Shown: positions 50,654 through 63,920 of the stretch, piece after piece
How positions within the stretch are numbered: the stretch's first letter is position 1
Layout: every line of letters starts with the position of its first letter
Assembly: GCF_006345805.1 (NCBI RefSeq)
Contig: NC_043006.1
Coordinates: 89,404,001 to 89,468,000, forward strand
Source of the DNA: Octopus sinensis
Lineage: Eukaryota
Reading direction: 5' to 3'
DNA: 64,000 nucleotides
Notes under the pieces: generated by a model
Told to the model about the DNA's origin: nothing
Seen by the model: the letters and a program-made list of their open reading frames with translations, nothing else
Databases searched by the model: none
Made by a program: the position numbers and the translations under genes

Positions 50654-50655
<2 letters not shown>
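50430..50655 (-). mobile_element. RTE 3' UTR fragment
   Basis: CATCATTTAACGTCC..CCATGCTGGCATG..CTACAGCTGGATGCCCTTCC. Confidence 0.8.
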
Positions 50656-50689
<34 letters not shown>

Positions 50690-50693
<4 letters not shown>

Positions 50694-51895
50694 CAATAGA
50701 ATCAAAGAGTCTTAGAGTTAACCAAGCAAAAACTTAAGTCTTAGTAAGTAGGAAGGAAGACAAATTACAAATCCCCTCAGGTAGATGGCCCTGCTCAATC
50801 TGTACAAAAGGTATAGGTAGAAACTCCATCAGATGCACCCAGTGTACACTTTGGACACATAATATCAAAAGAAGGTGCACAGAACATGTGCAGAAAATAG
50901 GACTCCATTAACTGCCAGGGAGGCAAGCTAGAGGTAGTAGATATCTTCCGTTATCTAGGTGACCATGTTAGTAGCAGAGGTGGATGCTCTGAGAGAGTAG
51001 CTATGAGAATAAGATTATGCTGGGCAAAGTTCAGAGAGCTCCTAAACCTGCTGGCAACAAAGGACCTCTCCCTCAGAGTGAAAGGTAGATTGTTGCCTGT
51101 GTGTGAATAGCTATGCTGCATGACAGTTAAACATGGACTGTGACAGCTGAGGACATGTGTAGGCTTGAAAGAAATGAAGCCAGTATGCTTTGCTGGATGT
51201 GCACTGTCAGTGTGCATGTTTGACAGAGTGTAAGTATCTTGAGAGAAAAGTTAGGCATAAGAGGAATCAGATGTGGTGCGTAAGAGAGACAACTATGCTG
51301 GTAAGGTCATGTGATTTGTATGAATGAGGACAGCTGTGTAAAGAAGCACCGATCTCTGTGGAAGGAACCTGTGATAGAGGTAGACCCAGGAAGATATGGG
51401 ATGAAGTTGTGAAGCATAATTTTTGAACTTTGAGCTTCACAGACGCAATGACTTGTGACCAAGACCATGGGTTGTGCTTGAGAGGACCTGTTAAGCCAAG
51501 TGTAATCATAGTTGTGTTAATTGGCACCGTTTGAGTGTTCGGCTTCATGGAGGCAAAGTGGCTGAGTTCATTTCGAATGTTGGGCCTCATGGGGGCAATG
51601 ACTGAGACCTTTGGCACTATGTCGTGCTTGAGAAGAAGACCCATCAAGCCGAGCAAAATCACAGTTGTGGCTGATACTGGTGTCACACAAATATATCGGT
51701 GTCATCCATGGTGGTGGCACATAAAAGCACCTATTACACTCTCAGAGTGGTTGGCGTTAGGAAGGGCATCCAGCCACATAAAACCATGCCAAATCAGACT
51801 AGAGTCTGATGCAGCATTTCAGCATGCCAGCCCGGTCAAACTGTCTGACCCCTATCAGTATGGACAATGGATGTTAAATGATGATGATGATGATA
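50690..51895 (+). mobile_element. 5'-truncated RTE-clade LINE
   Basis: IESKSLRVNQAKT..WPCSICTKGIGRNSIRCTQC..FRYLGD..WAKFRELL..GRPRKIWDE; family 3' end with (GAT)n. Confidence 0.85.
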
Positions 51896-52124
51896 ACACG
51901 CACACACACGCATATATAACATGAATGTAAAAGGATAAAATTATCCAGGTGAGTACCACTGTGGTTCTCAGGTATATTCCAGGTTATGGATAACTGCATC
52001 AAATAGCAGCAAGCATCAAGGATTGCTAAATATTACCAGTTCCAAGAGAATAATATTCATAATTTATACAAACATACGTATGTATATATCTCTCTTTCTC
52101 TCTCTCTTTATATATATATATATA

Positions 52125-52592
52125 TCATCATCATTGTTTCACATCCATTTTCCATGCTAGCATGGGTTGGACAGTTCGACCGGGGTCTGGGAAGCCAGAA
52201 GGCTGCACCAGCTCCAGTCTGATCTGGTAGTGTTTCTACAGCTGGATGCTCTTCCTAACACCAACCACTCCGTGAGTGTAGTGGGTGCTTTTTACGTGTC
52301 AGGTAAGGCTGGCAACGGCCACGATCGGTTGGTGCTTTTTATGTGCCACCGACACGGAAGCCAGTCAAGGCAGCGCTGGCATTGGCCATGTTTGGATGGT
52401 GCTTTTTACGTGCCACCGGCACAGGGATCACAGCTACAATTTCCATTGATTTTTGATGTTGATGTACTTGACTCAATAGGTCTCCTCAAGCACAGGGTCG
52501 AAACGGTGTTTCTTTACTTGCCACCTGCACAGGAGTCAGTCCAGCGGCGCTGGCAACTGCCAGGTGCCAGTCATAGGATTGGTTCAATTTCG
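52125..52592 (-). mobile_element. RTE 3' UTR fragment
   Basis: (CAT)n after TA run; same subfamily UTR as 36941-37390 and 13140-13431. Confidence 0.85.
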
Positions 52593-52606
52593 ATTATATA
52601 TATATA

Positions 52607-53232
52607 GTTTCGGTTACCTAGGAGACCAAATTAGCAATGATGGAGGAAGGATGCTCTGAAAGTATTGTTTCTACAATAAGAATTGGGTGGAGGAAGTTCA
52701 GAGAGCTAATACCTCTGTTGGTAACAAAAGGACTCTCTCTCAGAGGTGAAAGGCAGGTTGCATGATGCTTGTGTACAAACGGCTATACTCCATGGTAGTG
52801 AGACATGGGCTCTGAATGAAGAAGGCATGTGTAGACTGGAGAAAACCAAAGGTAGTAACTCTGTTGGATGTGCAACATCAGTGCACATGTATGGCAAAGT
52901 GCAAATGTATTAAGAGAAAAATTGGGCATAAGAGGAATTAAATGTAGCATGCAAGAGAGAAGAGTATATTGGTTTGGACATGTGATGCATATGAATGAGG
53001 ACAGCTGCATAAAGGAATGCTAATCACTGAAAGTGGATGTTACCCATGGAAGAGGGAGACCCATGAAGATGTGGGATGATGTGGTAAGAACCGATATCAA
53101 GAAATTGAGGGCATCCAGCTGTAGAAAACCATACCAAATCAGACTGGAGTCTGGTGCAGCCTTCAGCTTACCAGCCCTGGTCTAACCAGCCAACCCATGC
53201 CAGTATGGACAACAGATTGATGATAACGATGA
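52607..53232 (+). mobile_element. 5'-truncated RTE-clade LINE
   Basis: FGYLGDQI..IRIGWRKFREL..TAILHGSETWAL..WFGHVMHM..GRGRP; shortened family 3' end. Confidence 0.85.
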
Positions 53233-55054
53233 TATATATCATCATCATCATTATTATACCAACAGCAGCATCTAATATCCACTTTTTCATGCTTGCATGT
53301 GTCAAACAGAGCTCCTTGAGGCAACTTTTCTACAGCTTGATGCTCTTCTGTCACCAATTCTCAACCAATAGCAACACCATGAAGAAAATACGACATACTT
53401 TACAAGAGTTATTGCAAACAATGGACGTTACCGGCATTGTTGATTACAGTCAGGGAAGATGAGGAGAAATACAAACTCTTTCTCACACACACATACACAT
53501 GCACACACACACACACACAACAGACTTCTTTTGTGTTTGTCAACCAGTTTTATTTATCTATTCAAGAGACTCTGAACCAAATAGAAAGCCTTGAGATGGT
53601 TATCATTTAACTTGCAAGAAACAGCAGTCACAATTCCTCAAATCATACCTTACTATCATGAAAAAAACAGACTAAAGAGCAAAACAGACAAAACAACACA
53701 AATGTCGAGCAATGTAGTCGTAGATATATAGAATGGATAGTATAAGCATGGCTGCCATGCCTTTGATCATAAGTCCATTCAGTTAGGGCTGAGCTGGTCC
53801 TAAGCAATGGATAACTGAAGACACTACACTTTCCTATATTAGTAAGGTCTTACTATGTCTATTCACAAATATTAAATACAATTTCTTATGATAGTTGGTT
53901 TGAACATCAAGATACACAGTTTCCCTTAAAATGAATATGGACTGATCAATTAGGTTCCTCCATAGCTCTGTTGTGAAGGTATGTAGCTTATTGGTTCAAT
54001 TTCCAGCAATACATTGTGTCCTTGAACAGAACCCTTTATTTGATATTGTTCCAGGCCACTTAGATGGCGAAACTAAGTAGTACTTTTATTCCAAAGAGTT
54101 GGCCTTGGCAAATTCTGTACCATGCCGAATCTCTATGAGAACTCCATTAAGGATATGTGTGTCTGTGGAGTGCTCAGCCCCTTGCGCATTAATTTCACAA
54201 GGCTGTTCTGCTAATCAGATCAACTGGAACACTTGTCATCATAACCAACAGAATGCCAGAAAAAGGGGAAAAAAAAAAAAAAGATCCAGTAGGTTGAATC
54301 CACAGTTCAGTGCAGTGGAGCATACATGTTTGAGTCCCTCTTTAAAACCAAACAGTAAAATATTTAATAGGTAGTGACCTAGCCTGGCTGCAATCTTTGG
54401 GCTGGAACTAGTAAAAGAATAAAAGGAAAGAATAAAGAATCTTCACTTCAGTTTTTTTTCCAGAGTTATTTCCCTCCGAGGTGGCCAGATACCCATTTCT
54501 TTTGTTCATTCTTTTCACTTTCAGCTTTTTAAAACTGGATGTCCTTATCACCAATCACTTTATAATGTGAACAAGGAATAATTTATCCATCATACCCTCG
54601 CACTAGACAGGTTGTCTGCAGAAGGACTAGAGAGAGTCTCTTTTTATCCTGTATTAGTTTTTACTAGGCATTTCTGCCACCCTTGATGGGTAACCAGAAC
54701 TGCAGCTGAAAAATCCACAACATTGCTCAGTACTCTTTGACATGAGTGCTTTGTTTTCATTAAAGTGCAACATAAAGTAGAGCTGCAGCAAGCCAATGAT
54801 ATGATGTATCAAGAAAAAAAAGGAGAATTTGCTAAAATATCAGATTTTACAATGTAAGGCCTCATATTGCTGTCAATGATGATGGTGATGATGATGATAA
54901 TGTTGACAATAGTGGGGTTTGGATTGTGATGATGACAACATACTGATGATGATGATGATGATGGTTGTAGTAAAGATATGTATCTTGAGCAGACTTGTTC
55001 TCTATGTTTTATAAAAATTTGCCTGTTTGGATTATCTGAGATCTCATTTCCCAC

Positions 55055-55055
<1 letters not shown>

Positions 55056-55104
<49 letters not shown>

Positions 55105-57465
55105 TTCTTTTATTTCCCACCAGGGCAAAGAATGAGGGGAACAATACAATGAGAGAGACATAAAATGTGGGGTTTTACATAAAATAGAATGATTAAAAAA
55201 AAAAAAAAAAGAAAAGTATACATTAAGAGATGGTAAGTAAACATAGTATATGAGAGTAAGAAGAAGAAAAAAAGCAATAGGGATAAGCGAGGAACCCTAC
55301 CATCCAAGATCTTGAATACCAAGGACAACTTTCCAACTCCTTTCATCTGACACACAGGTCTTCACTTAAAGAGTACCATCCACTCTTGCCAGTTTTGCAT
55401 CTTTCACCCACTTTTCAATGAACTCACAGTACAGCCATCCTCACTTTCTCTTTCAAATGAAACTTGAAAAACTCAACGAGGGCTTTACCAAAGAGGAATG
55501 TCTCTGTTCTCATTCCTCTCAGACTTGTCCACTAAACACCCTCTTTTGCCACAGCCACCAGGCAAAGGAAAACTGATTAAGGAGGGTGGTGGAGCAATCA
55601 TCACTATGGACTTGGCCAAGAGATAGACATACCCCACATGCAACAGCAGCTGTTTTATATAACTCCACAAGTCAGCAATGCCTGGACACTGAACGAGTGC
55701 ATGCAGAATGGTTTTATCGCTCATCATGCACCTCAGACAAACCTACCTGACAGTGCATCAGTGCATGTAGAGTTTATCACAAACTAGTTGCATACCATGT
55801 CCCCACTTTCTAGTAGCACTGCCAGGCCAAAAAATCCAGAAATTATCCATAGCAGTCCCTGACCAGAGAGTCCTCCGGAACAGACTAGCCAGTTTGTTTT
55901 CACTGATGTCCAGGTTCTCTTCAAGGACATCATTGCACTTCCATGCCACTAACCCTATATATATATAACTAAAGTGGATTATCCACTGATTCTATTGTCC
56001 AACTTGTAGAGGACAGTGAGTGCCTGACAACATTCTAGGTGCCAGGCACCTGGTCTTGGTCTATCCTTTACCAGGACTGCAGGTAGTGCAACCTGAGTTC
56101 ATGTTTGTGCATCAAAAGCCATGGCATGCCCAAGACACCATGCAGAGGGAGCTGGCAGTAGATTGACTGTTTGACCATTAGAATGTGTCCCTTCCACAAG
56201 AAAATAAACAAGAGATGCTCCAACCTAATGAAGCAGTGACTGGGACAAAGCACAAAGGTCAGGTGATAAACGATGATGGAGGTGATGTAAGATTTTTGCT
56301 ACCTCTGCCCAACCTTTCAGGGACAGCTGCCTCCCTGCCCATTTCTGGGTAAGACTGTCACCTTATTTGTCATTTCATCACAATTCTTATCCACCTGGGT
56401 GTCAGGACCAAACTAGACCCTGAACAGTTTAACTGGTCCATCAATCCTGTAGCCAATGATCTGCTCTCTCCAGGGGCCCAGTCACAGTCCCACCAACTTG
56501 TCAGTGTTGATTTTGGCCCCTGCAACTGACTCATATTCCTTTACAATGGAGCCAACTGTCTCCACTTTGGAGGCATCTGACACCATGATGGTGACATCAT
56601 CTGTATATGTCAACACTGCCCTCCTGAGTTCCACTTTGAAAGGGTGCCCCTTAACTGTTCCACCTTCAGCAGCAGTGGCTTGAGAGCCAGCATGTGCAGA
56701 AGTGACAGCAGGCAGCTCTGATAGACTGAATGTGCGATGTGAAATGGTTCCAATAGGTGGCTGTTTACCTTGACCACCAAGCAGGTGCTGCTGTGCATTG
56801 CAGCAATCCACCCTCTGAAACTGGCTGCTTTAAGGACAGTTTCCAAATAGCAATGTTTGACCATATCAAATGCTTTCAACTAATCTAAATTGATCAGGGC
56901 CCCACTGAAGCCAGATTCAGTCTCAATCCCCTCTATGATGTACCACATAAGGTGGAGGTTGTTATGGATAGACCTGTTTGGGACTGCTCATGTTTATGCC
57001 TACCTGACCAGACTACTGATGACAAGCATCAACCTTTTCACTAACACCTTGGCCAAAATCTTAAACTCTGTGTTTAGCAGAGTATGGGTTGAAAATTCCC
57101 TAGCACATCCCTATTGATGGTATCCTTTCTCAGCAGCATTATTACTACATCCTAGCTAACAGCACCAGAAATTCTCCCATTCTCAGCCAAGAGATAGCCA
57201 AACAAATCTGGCACAAATATATAAGACAGACCATTCAAACCAGGCAATTTATGATTTGTGCCATTGCTCATCACTTCCTGTATTTCAGTGGTCATTATCT
57301 GTTTTTCATAGAATCTCTTATCCATTACCAAGAGTTGTGGTAGGCCATCCAAGTATGAAGTAAAGTCCACTACCATTGTCAACCCATCACCTTCCACAAA
57401 CAGCTGCACAAAGCGCTGCTGGAAAGCTGTACATATCTGCTCGGAACAGAGTAGCAGGTGCCAGT
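55056..57465 (-). mobile_element. Degenerate Tx1/L1-clade LINE (RT + C-terminal zinc knuckle)
   Basis: KLPGLNGL, NTEFKILAK, KAFD, YTDDVTIMV..YESVAGAKINTDK, FIFLWKG..LGMP, KTILHALVQC; AATAAA then (TTA)n at its 3' end (55056-55115). Confidence 0.85.
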
Positions 57466-58268
57466 TCTGATTCATCAAAGACCTAATTGTGATTTTGTTG
57501 CAGAAGATTCTTGGTTGTGGTTGAAGAATGGAGACCTTAAGAAAGAAATGGGAAGACTCATAATGGCTGCTCAGAACCAGTCACTGTGGATGAATTGCAT
57601 TAAGACCAAAATAGACAAATCTGTGAAAAGAGCAAAATTCAGGGTATGTAATGAGAAAGTGGAATCTGTAAAGTGCATAATAAGTTGGTGTAGTCTATTC
57701 GTGCAGAAGGAATATAGACACAACTGTGTGGCTAAGGTACTACACTGGGATATATTATGGCAAAGAGGATTTAAAGTAGGAAGAAAATTGTACAAACATC
57801 AACCAGAAAATGTAATAGAGAATGACCTGTACATGCTGATCATGAAATTCCTGCTAGGTGTCCAGATATTATGGTTGTGAACAAAGGGAAAAAAGAATGC
57901 AACATCATAAATGTGGTTATATATGCAGACACGAATGTGGCAGTGAAAGAAGAGGAGAAAATAGGAAAATACCAGGATTTGGTTGGGAAAATATAAAGAC
58001 TGTGGTGGGTTCCTACAAAAGCAATCCAAGTTGTTAAAAGTGTTCTTTCACCAACAGACTTACCAGTTCCTATTTTGAGGCTGGTGTAACTCCAAGTGTT
58101 GCATTAATTCAGAAACCTTCTTTATTGGGAACAGCAAAGATTGTAAGAAAAGTCCTCGATATCAAAGGAAACTAGTTGTGACGACACAGTATCAAAGACA
58201 CTGGTTCTGAGTGTAAAGCATTCATGCACATCATGAACAACAACATCAACAACAATAATAATAATAAA
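57460..58268 (+). mobile_element. R4/Dong-clade LINE 3' fragment (zinc knuckle + restriction-like endonuclease)
   Basis: SWLWLKNGDLKKE..LIMAAQNQSL..RVCNEKVESVKCIISWC..YRHNCVAKVLHW..HQPENVIEND..PDIMVV..KIGKYQDL..LLGTAKIVRKVL; ends in AAC/AAT repeats. Confidence 0.85.
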
Positions 58269-58860
58269 AACGGGCAGGAGATTTTTGTGAGTAAGTAAAA
58301 AATAGCTGCGAGAGTAATTATGTACACCATAGTTTACAGAGTTTGTCAGTGCTGATGATATTGACAAAGGTGCAAGTCATGATGATGATGATGATGAAGG
58401 GGATGATAATAATAAAGATATGAAAGACAATGATGATGATGAATATTATGAAATCAATATTATCAACCATGACAATGTTAATAATGCTGCTGATAATAAC
58501 ATTGACAATAATGATCATGATCATGTAATGAGTGTATTCTGTGAGACATGGGTTGGATGCTCCAACTGAAACTGACAAGCTAGAAGGTTGTGTTGGTCTC
58601 CAGTGTTGCTTCAACAAGGGTTCTACAGCTGGAAACCATTCCTAACCCTAAACACTTCACAGAGTGTAATGCATGCTTTTCCAAGGCACCAGCACTAGTG
58701 AGGTCCACCAAGGAAGATGCAGGACAAGACCCCTTGACAGAGTGGAGTGGAGTATAGAGGGAGATGGCTTTGTGCTAAGTGTCGAAAGAGGCTAAAGTAG
58801 GATAGAGAGACAGGAAGAGGTATCCTGCTGAAGAGGATACCCGCATGGCTTACTCCAGCT

Positions 58861-59160
58861 GCTGATGGTTATATTGCCATTGATGATGATGATGATGACA
58901 ATGGTGATGCCAACTCTGATGATGACTATGAAGATAATCATGATGATGATGATGACTATGGTGATGATGATAGGAGTGTTGATGGTTATTATGATGATGG
59001 CTATGAAGATAATGATGATGATGATGCTAAGAAGGAGAAATATATTGATGACAAAGATGCTAATGATGAAGATGAAGTCACTGTCACCCTGTATGATGAT
59101 GATGATGATGATGATGCAGATGATGATGATAACCACAACAGTAACAAGATCGAGATGACT
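58861..59160. repeat. Degenerate (GAT)n region
   Basis: Direct observation; similar tract at 58378-58525. Confidence 0.9.
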
Positions 59161-60301
59161 TTTTTTTTTAAGTTGTCATCTATCTAGGGAACTGTTTGTT
59201 CAAACTTAAATTCTATTCAGAAGTTGGTAAATGGTGTATGGCTAATGGGCTTGCAAGTTGCAGACAGCATTGGAAGTGATTTTCTTAGAGTTATGTAACA
59301 CCATACTACTGAAATATCTATGAAAATTAAAACATTTTGTCTGGAAAAAAATCAATAGCAAATATCCAAATTATGTTAAAATCAGAGAGACAGCAATTAT
59401 TTCTGCATTGTAAACATCAAAGAACTATAAATAAACATCGGCACCCACAAATACTTACATAATGATAAATACTTGTGTACACACGCACACACATTTATGC
59501 ATGCATATGTTTACAAGTGGTTATACATATATACAATCATACAAAAAAGCACACACATTTAAATTTATACACACAAATATATACATACATGCAAACAAAC
59601 ATACATACTAATACATATATACACACATACAAAAGCTTGCACACACATAATTTAGAAACATGATAATTCATAAGTACATATATATATGTGCTTATATACA
59701 CAATATTTACACACTCACGAATACACACATGTATATACACTGAAGTAAACATACATACTCAAATACATTTATCTGCCATCTCAGATATTCACATGGATAT
59801 TGAGACATACACACACACACTGCACCAAGCACACCCTTATACATACATAAACATACATGCACACTCACACACACATACATACACACAAGAATGGCTAAAA
59901 TTTATTTAAAGTACACATAAAGCAAAAAGAAGCCAAAAAGAAAAAAATGAAATCAAAAGATTTTCCTTAGAAAAAAAAACGAAGAAAAAAAACTTCAAAA
60001 ATCAATAAATAAAAAGTTAACCTGTAATTGCAATTTTTCTTGAAAGATAATTTAATTTAATCTCATATTTTAAAGACTAAGATAACCTGATCATTTAGTG
60101 ATTTAGTGCTTAACAAAGCTCATGATAAAGTGTTCAAATTCTGTTGGAATTGGTAAAGCATTCCATTTACTCTCTCCTATAAATCTTTATTAATGATGTA
60201 ACTTAAGAGCGAATTCAACAATAAATCATTCTTCTTAATTTTGGCACCAGACCAGAAATTTTAATGGGACGGGGGGAAGGCAATTCCAGAGACCAAAGTG
60301 C

Positions 60302-61060
60302 TCATCATCATCATTTAATGCTGTATTCCCGGCTGGCATGACATGGGTGGTTTGACAGTATCCCATGGGGCCAAGGACAGCATCATACTCCCATGTCTTC
60401 TTTGGCAGGGTGTCTATGGTTGGATGCCCCTCCTAACACCAACCACCCAGCAGAGTGGACTGGGTGCTGCTTTTTTTTTTTTTTGGTGCTACCTATATTA
60501 TTGAAGGTTACAATGCAACTCACAGAACTATAAGCCCTGGGGGTGGAGGAGTAGAGAAACTGTACAATGAGAATAGAAAGGTGGGGGCTGCGGTGCAGGT
60601 TCTAGTAGAGGATCTGCATGACTACTCACATCTATTAGGGGAAGGGGAGAAAAAGAGAAAATGAACGATAGGAACTGCAAGAGCTGGACAATAACAATGA
60701 ATTGCCCCATAAGGCACAAGGTGAGTTGAAGAGTTGGTCGGCAAGATTGTATGGGAAGGGGTCGGAAGATGAGGGAATGGGGAAGCAGACTGGCAGAAGG
60801 GATAGGGTCGAAGGGCAGATGAGTAAGGTGTGATGTATTGTGGGAGATAGAGAGATGCAGAAGGGAGTTGAAGGTGGGGTGGGGGCGCAAGCAGAAGGAG
60901 TAGTAAAGATGATACAATTGTCAGTGCAGAAGAGGACAAGAGAGAGGGACGACATGGTTGAATATTCTGTAGGAGCTGAGGTGGGAATGAGTCACTGTCA
61001 CATCGGTAGAGAATAACACATAGCACTTCCAGAACTTAGGTTCACTGATGAGAGCGGAAC
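60302..61060 (-). mobile_element. Long RTE 3' UTR fragment homologous to 25228-25990
   Basis: Shared blocks AGAGGATCTGCATG.CTACTCACATCTATTAG, CAAGGTGA, GCAAGATTGTATG.GAAG, TAGTAAAGATGATACA.TTGTCAG. Confidence 0.75.
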
Positions 61061-61439
61061 TTTTTGAAAACCTCATGTCTGAACCATTTAAGAGACTCAA
61101 CTTCTGGTGTGATTATACAAGCTCCAATGCCTCTATCACATACAAGGCTTATATTTTTGGTTAGTCTGCCATGGATTCCACAGCATCTCTTCTATGTCCC
61201 TAGCTTACATTGAATGTAAGCTTAAATGGTACTCATTTTGTTGACTCTGAAAGGATGAAAGACAAAGTTGACTGCAGCCATTTTTGAACTCAGAAAGGAA
61301 AGAGCTAAATGAAATGCTGCTAAGCAGTTTGTTCAATGTGCTAACCGTTCTGCCAGACTTATTCAGTTACAAATAATGGTTTATAATACAGGCTGTCTTG
61401 TAATAATTACCTTTTCTTTCTTATATTTACTTTTTTTAA

Positions 61440-61810
61440 TCATTTCAGACACTGGACAGTGGCCATGTTGGTGCACCAACATAAAGGGTTGAACAAATCA
61501 ATTCTAGTACTTTTTAAAAATTCTGGTGCTTAACCTAATTGTCTCTGTTGCTGACCTGCTCAGTTACAGGAACACAAACAAACCAACAGCAGCTACCAAA
61601 GTGGTGGTGGAAAAGCAAATACAGAAACACAGCTACACACACACACACACACAAACACAATGAGTTTCAATGCAGTTTGCATTCCTAAAACCTTGATCGG
61701 CCTGGTGCTATAGTAGAAGACACTTGCCAAAGGTGCTGCATAGTAGGACTGAACCTAAAACCATGTGAGTGCAAAATGGACTTCTTAACCAGACAACCAT
61801 ACCTGCACCT
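61440..61810 (-). mobile_element. tRNA-derived SINE, reverse orientation
   Basis: rc tail GTGGCCATGTTGG, CA tract, GCTATAGTAGAAGACACTTGCC..GGACTGAACC..CTTCTTAACCA head. Confidence 0.7.
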
Positions 61811-62009
61811 CCAGAAACATTTTACTAATAAACCACAACGTCATGGATTCTCACCCATGCTTGATCCAGTCCTAGTAACTTGCATTAAAAAGTGGTGGGG
61901 GAGCACAAAACTGTATTTGTATTACTACCAGTTTGAATGTACTACCAGCTGCACTAAAGTAACTTCGTGTCCTGTCTGGATTATAGAAGATACTCCCAAA
62001 CAGTTGAAA

Positions 62010-62398
62010 GAATCCGGGGTAGAGGTAGACCCACGAAGACATGGGATGACGTGGTCAAGCATGACCTTCGAATGTTGGGCCTATTGAGTCAAGTACATCA
62101 ACATCAAAATAAAAATCAAATGAAAATAATAGTTGTGATACCCATGCTAGAGGCATGTAAAAAGCACCAACTGATCGTGGCCGTTGCCAATCCCTTCTGG
62201 TCCCTGTGCCGGTGGCACATAAAAAGCACCCACTACACTCACGGAGTGGTTGGCATTAGGAAGGGCATCCAGCTGTAGAAACACTGCCAGATTAGACTGG
62301 AGCTTGGTGCAGCCTCCTGGCTTCCCAGACCCCGGTCAAACTGTCCAACCCATGCTAGCATGGAAAACGGACGTTAAACGATGATGATGATGATGATG
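62010..62398 (+). mobile_element. Internally deleted RTE 3' fragment
   Basis: GRGRPTKTWDDVVKHDL, then family UTR and (GAT)n tail. Confidence 0.85.
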
Positions 62399-62419
62399 AA
62401 TTGTTCAAGTCTTTCTCTA

Positions 62420-63169
62420 AGAGATAGTATCAAAAAGTTTCCAGACTAGTTCCATAGTGCACCAACAGATGGCAGCATGTGGTTGCATACATATTAAGAG
62501 CTAGTAATGATCTTCATGAAACAGTGTGTTGAGTGACAGTGTTGTGTTTACATTGCAAGTTGTGAAATTTGTGATCATGTGTATGCTGTGGTCTGAGATT
62601 TTTGCCATGGACAGCAAATAGGAACAAAGAGCCAAAGTGAAAATTTGTGTTCAACTTGTGAAGTCTGCCACAGAGACATTGAGCATTTTTGACAAGATTA
62701 CGTAGATGAGGCAATGGGTCATACGCAATGTTTCAGGTGGCACAGGTGCTTCAAAAGCAGAAGAACATCCTTGGAAGATGAAGAGCAATCTTGAAGGCCT
62801 GTCATGAATGCTCCCACCAGAAATGTGGAGAAAATTCATCAGCTTGTGTAAGAGGATAGTTGGAGGACAATCAGTGACATTGCTGATGCTGTTGGTCTAT
62901 TGAATGGGTCTGAGCAGTCAATCCTTACATTTGCAAAGAATTGGATTCTTCTTGGCCGCAATGCACCTATCACCAAGCTTTCCTCACTCATGAGTTTCTT
63001 GACAAAAAAAAAACATGGTATCGCTTCTGCACCCGACCTATTCACCAGATTTAGCACCAGTGGACTTCCATATCTTCTCTAAGATGAAAATGCAGCTCAA
63101 AGGTTGCCGTTTTCACACTGTTGTTGTTATTAAACATAACTGTTCTGAGAACTTTTTGATACCACCTCA
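62420..63169 (+). mobile_element. Internally deleted mariner (~750 bp)
   Basis: TIRs GTATCAAAAAGTT / AACTTTTTGATAC with TA flanks; EQRAKVKICVQL..QCFRWHRCFK..SLEDE; HPTYSPDLAPVDF. Confidence 0.88.
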
Positions 63170-63747
63170 TAATGTGTGTGTGTGTGTGTACCCTTGTCTA
63201 GACAACAAGTGATGTTTGTAAATTGACATCTTTATCATACAAGAGAGTCTGTTCATTTCCAGTCTTTTGTGGAAGCATGTATGTCTGGTCAAAGGGAAAT
63301 ATTACTTTGTTTGGAAACAGGTAAGGGTTGGCAACAGGAAGAGCGTCCAGTCATACAAAATTTACCTCAGTGAATTCCATCTGACTCATCTAAGCATGGA
63401 TGTCAAAACGATGATTGTGATGTTGTAAGTATGGTTTTGAGGAAGTGAATTGGTCAGAATGTCAGAATGCTTGTATTTGTTTCAGTTCTCAACATTCTGA
63501 ATTCAAATCCCACTGAAGTCAACTTTGTCTTTCAAATTTTCTGCTAATATCAAAGTGGTGATTTTCATTCTGATCGGACCACTGTCCTGTTCCAAAACAT
63601 GGGACAATTGTGGCCTAGGGCTATACAGATACAACAGCAGAAGCTGCTACAGCTGTTACCACCGCTACCACTGTTGGTGGTGGAGTAAAAGAAAAATCAG
63701 CTTTATAAGTTAGTGAAAACATTTTTCAGTTGAACAACACTCTTGTT

Positions 63748-63920
63748 ATCATCATCATCACTTAACATCTGTTTTCCGTGCTGGCATGGGTTTGACAAGA
63801 GCTGGTAAGGTCAGGAGCTGCACCAGACTCCATTGTTTGTTTTGGCAGGGTTTTCTATGGCTCAGTGCCCTTCTTAATGCTAACCACTTTACAGAGTGTA
63901 CTGGGTGCTTTTTACATGAC
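63748..63920 (-). mobile_element. RTE 3' UTR fragment
   Basis: (CAT)n, GCTGGCATGGG, CCCTTCTTAATGCTAACCACTTTACAGAGTG. Confidence 0.75.

Noticed and set aside
54055-54072. CCACTTAGATGGCG CTCF-like word
   Set aside because: Lies in the decayed SINE core (CCACTCAGCTG..) and has altered spacing
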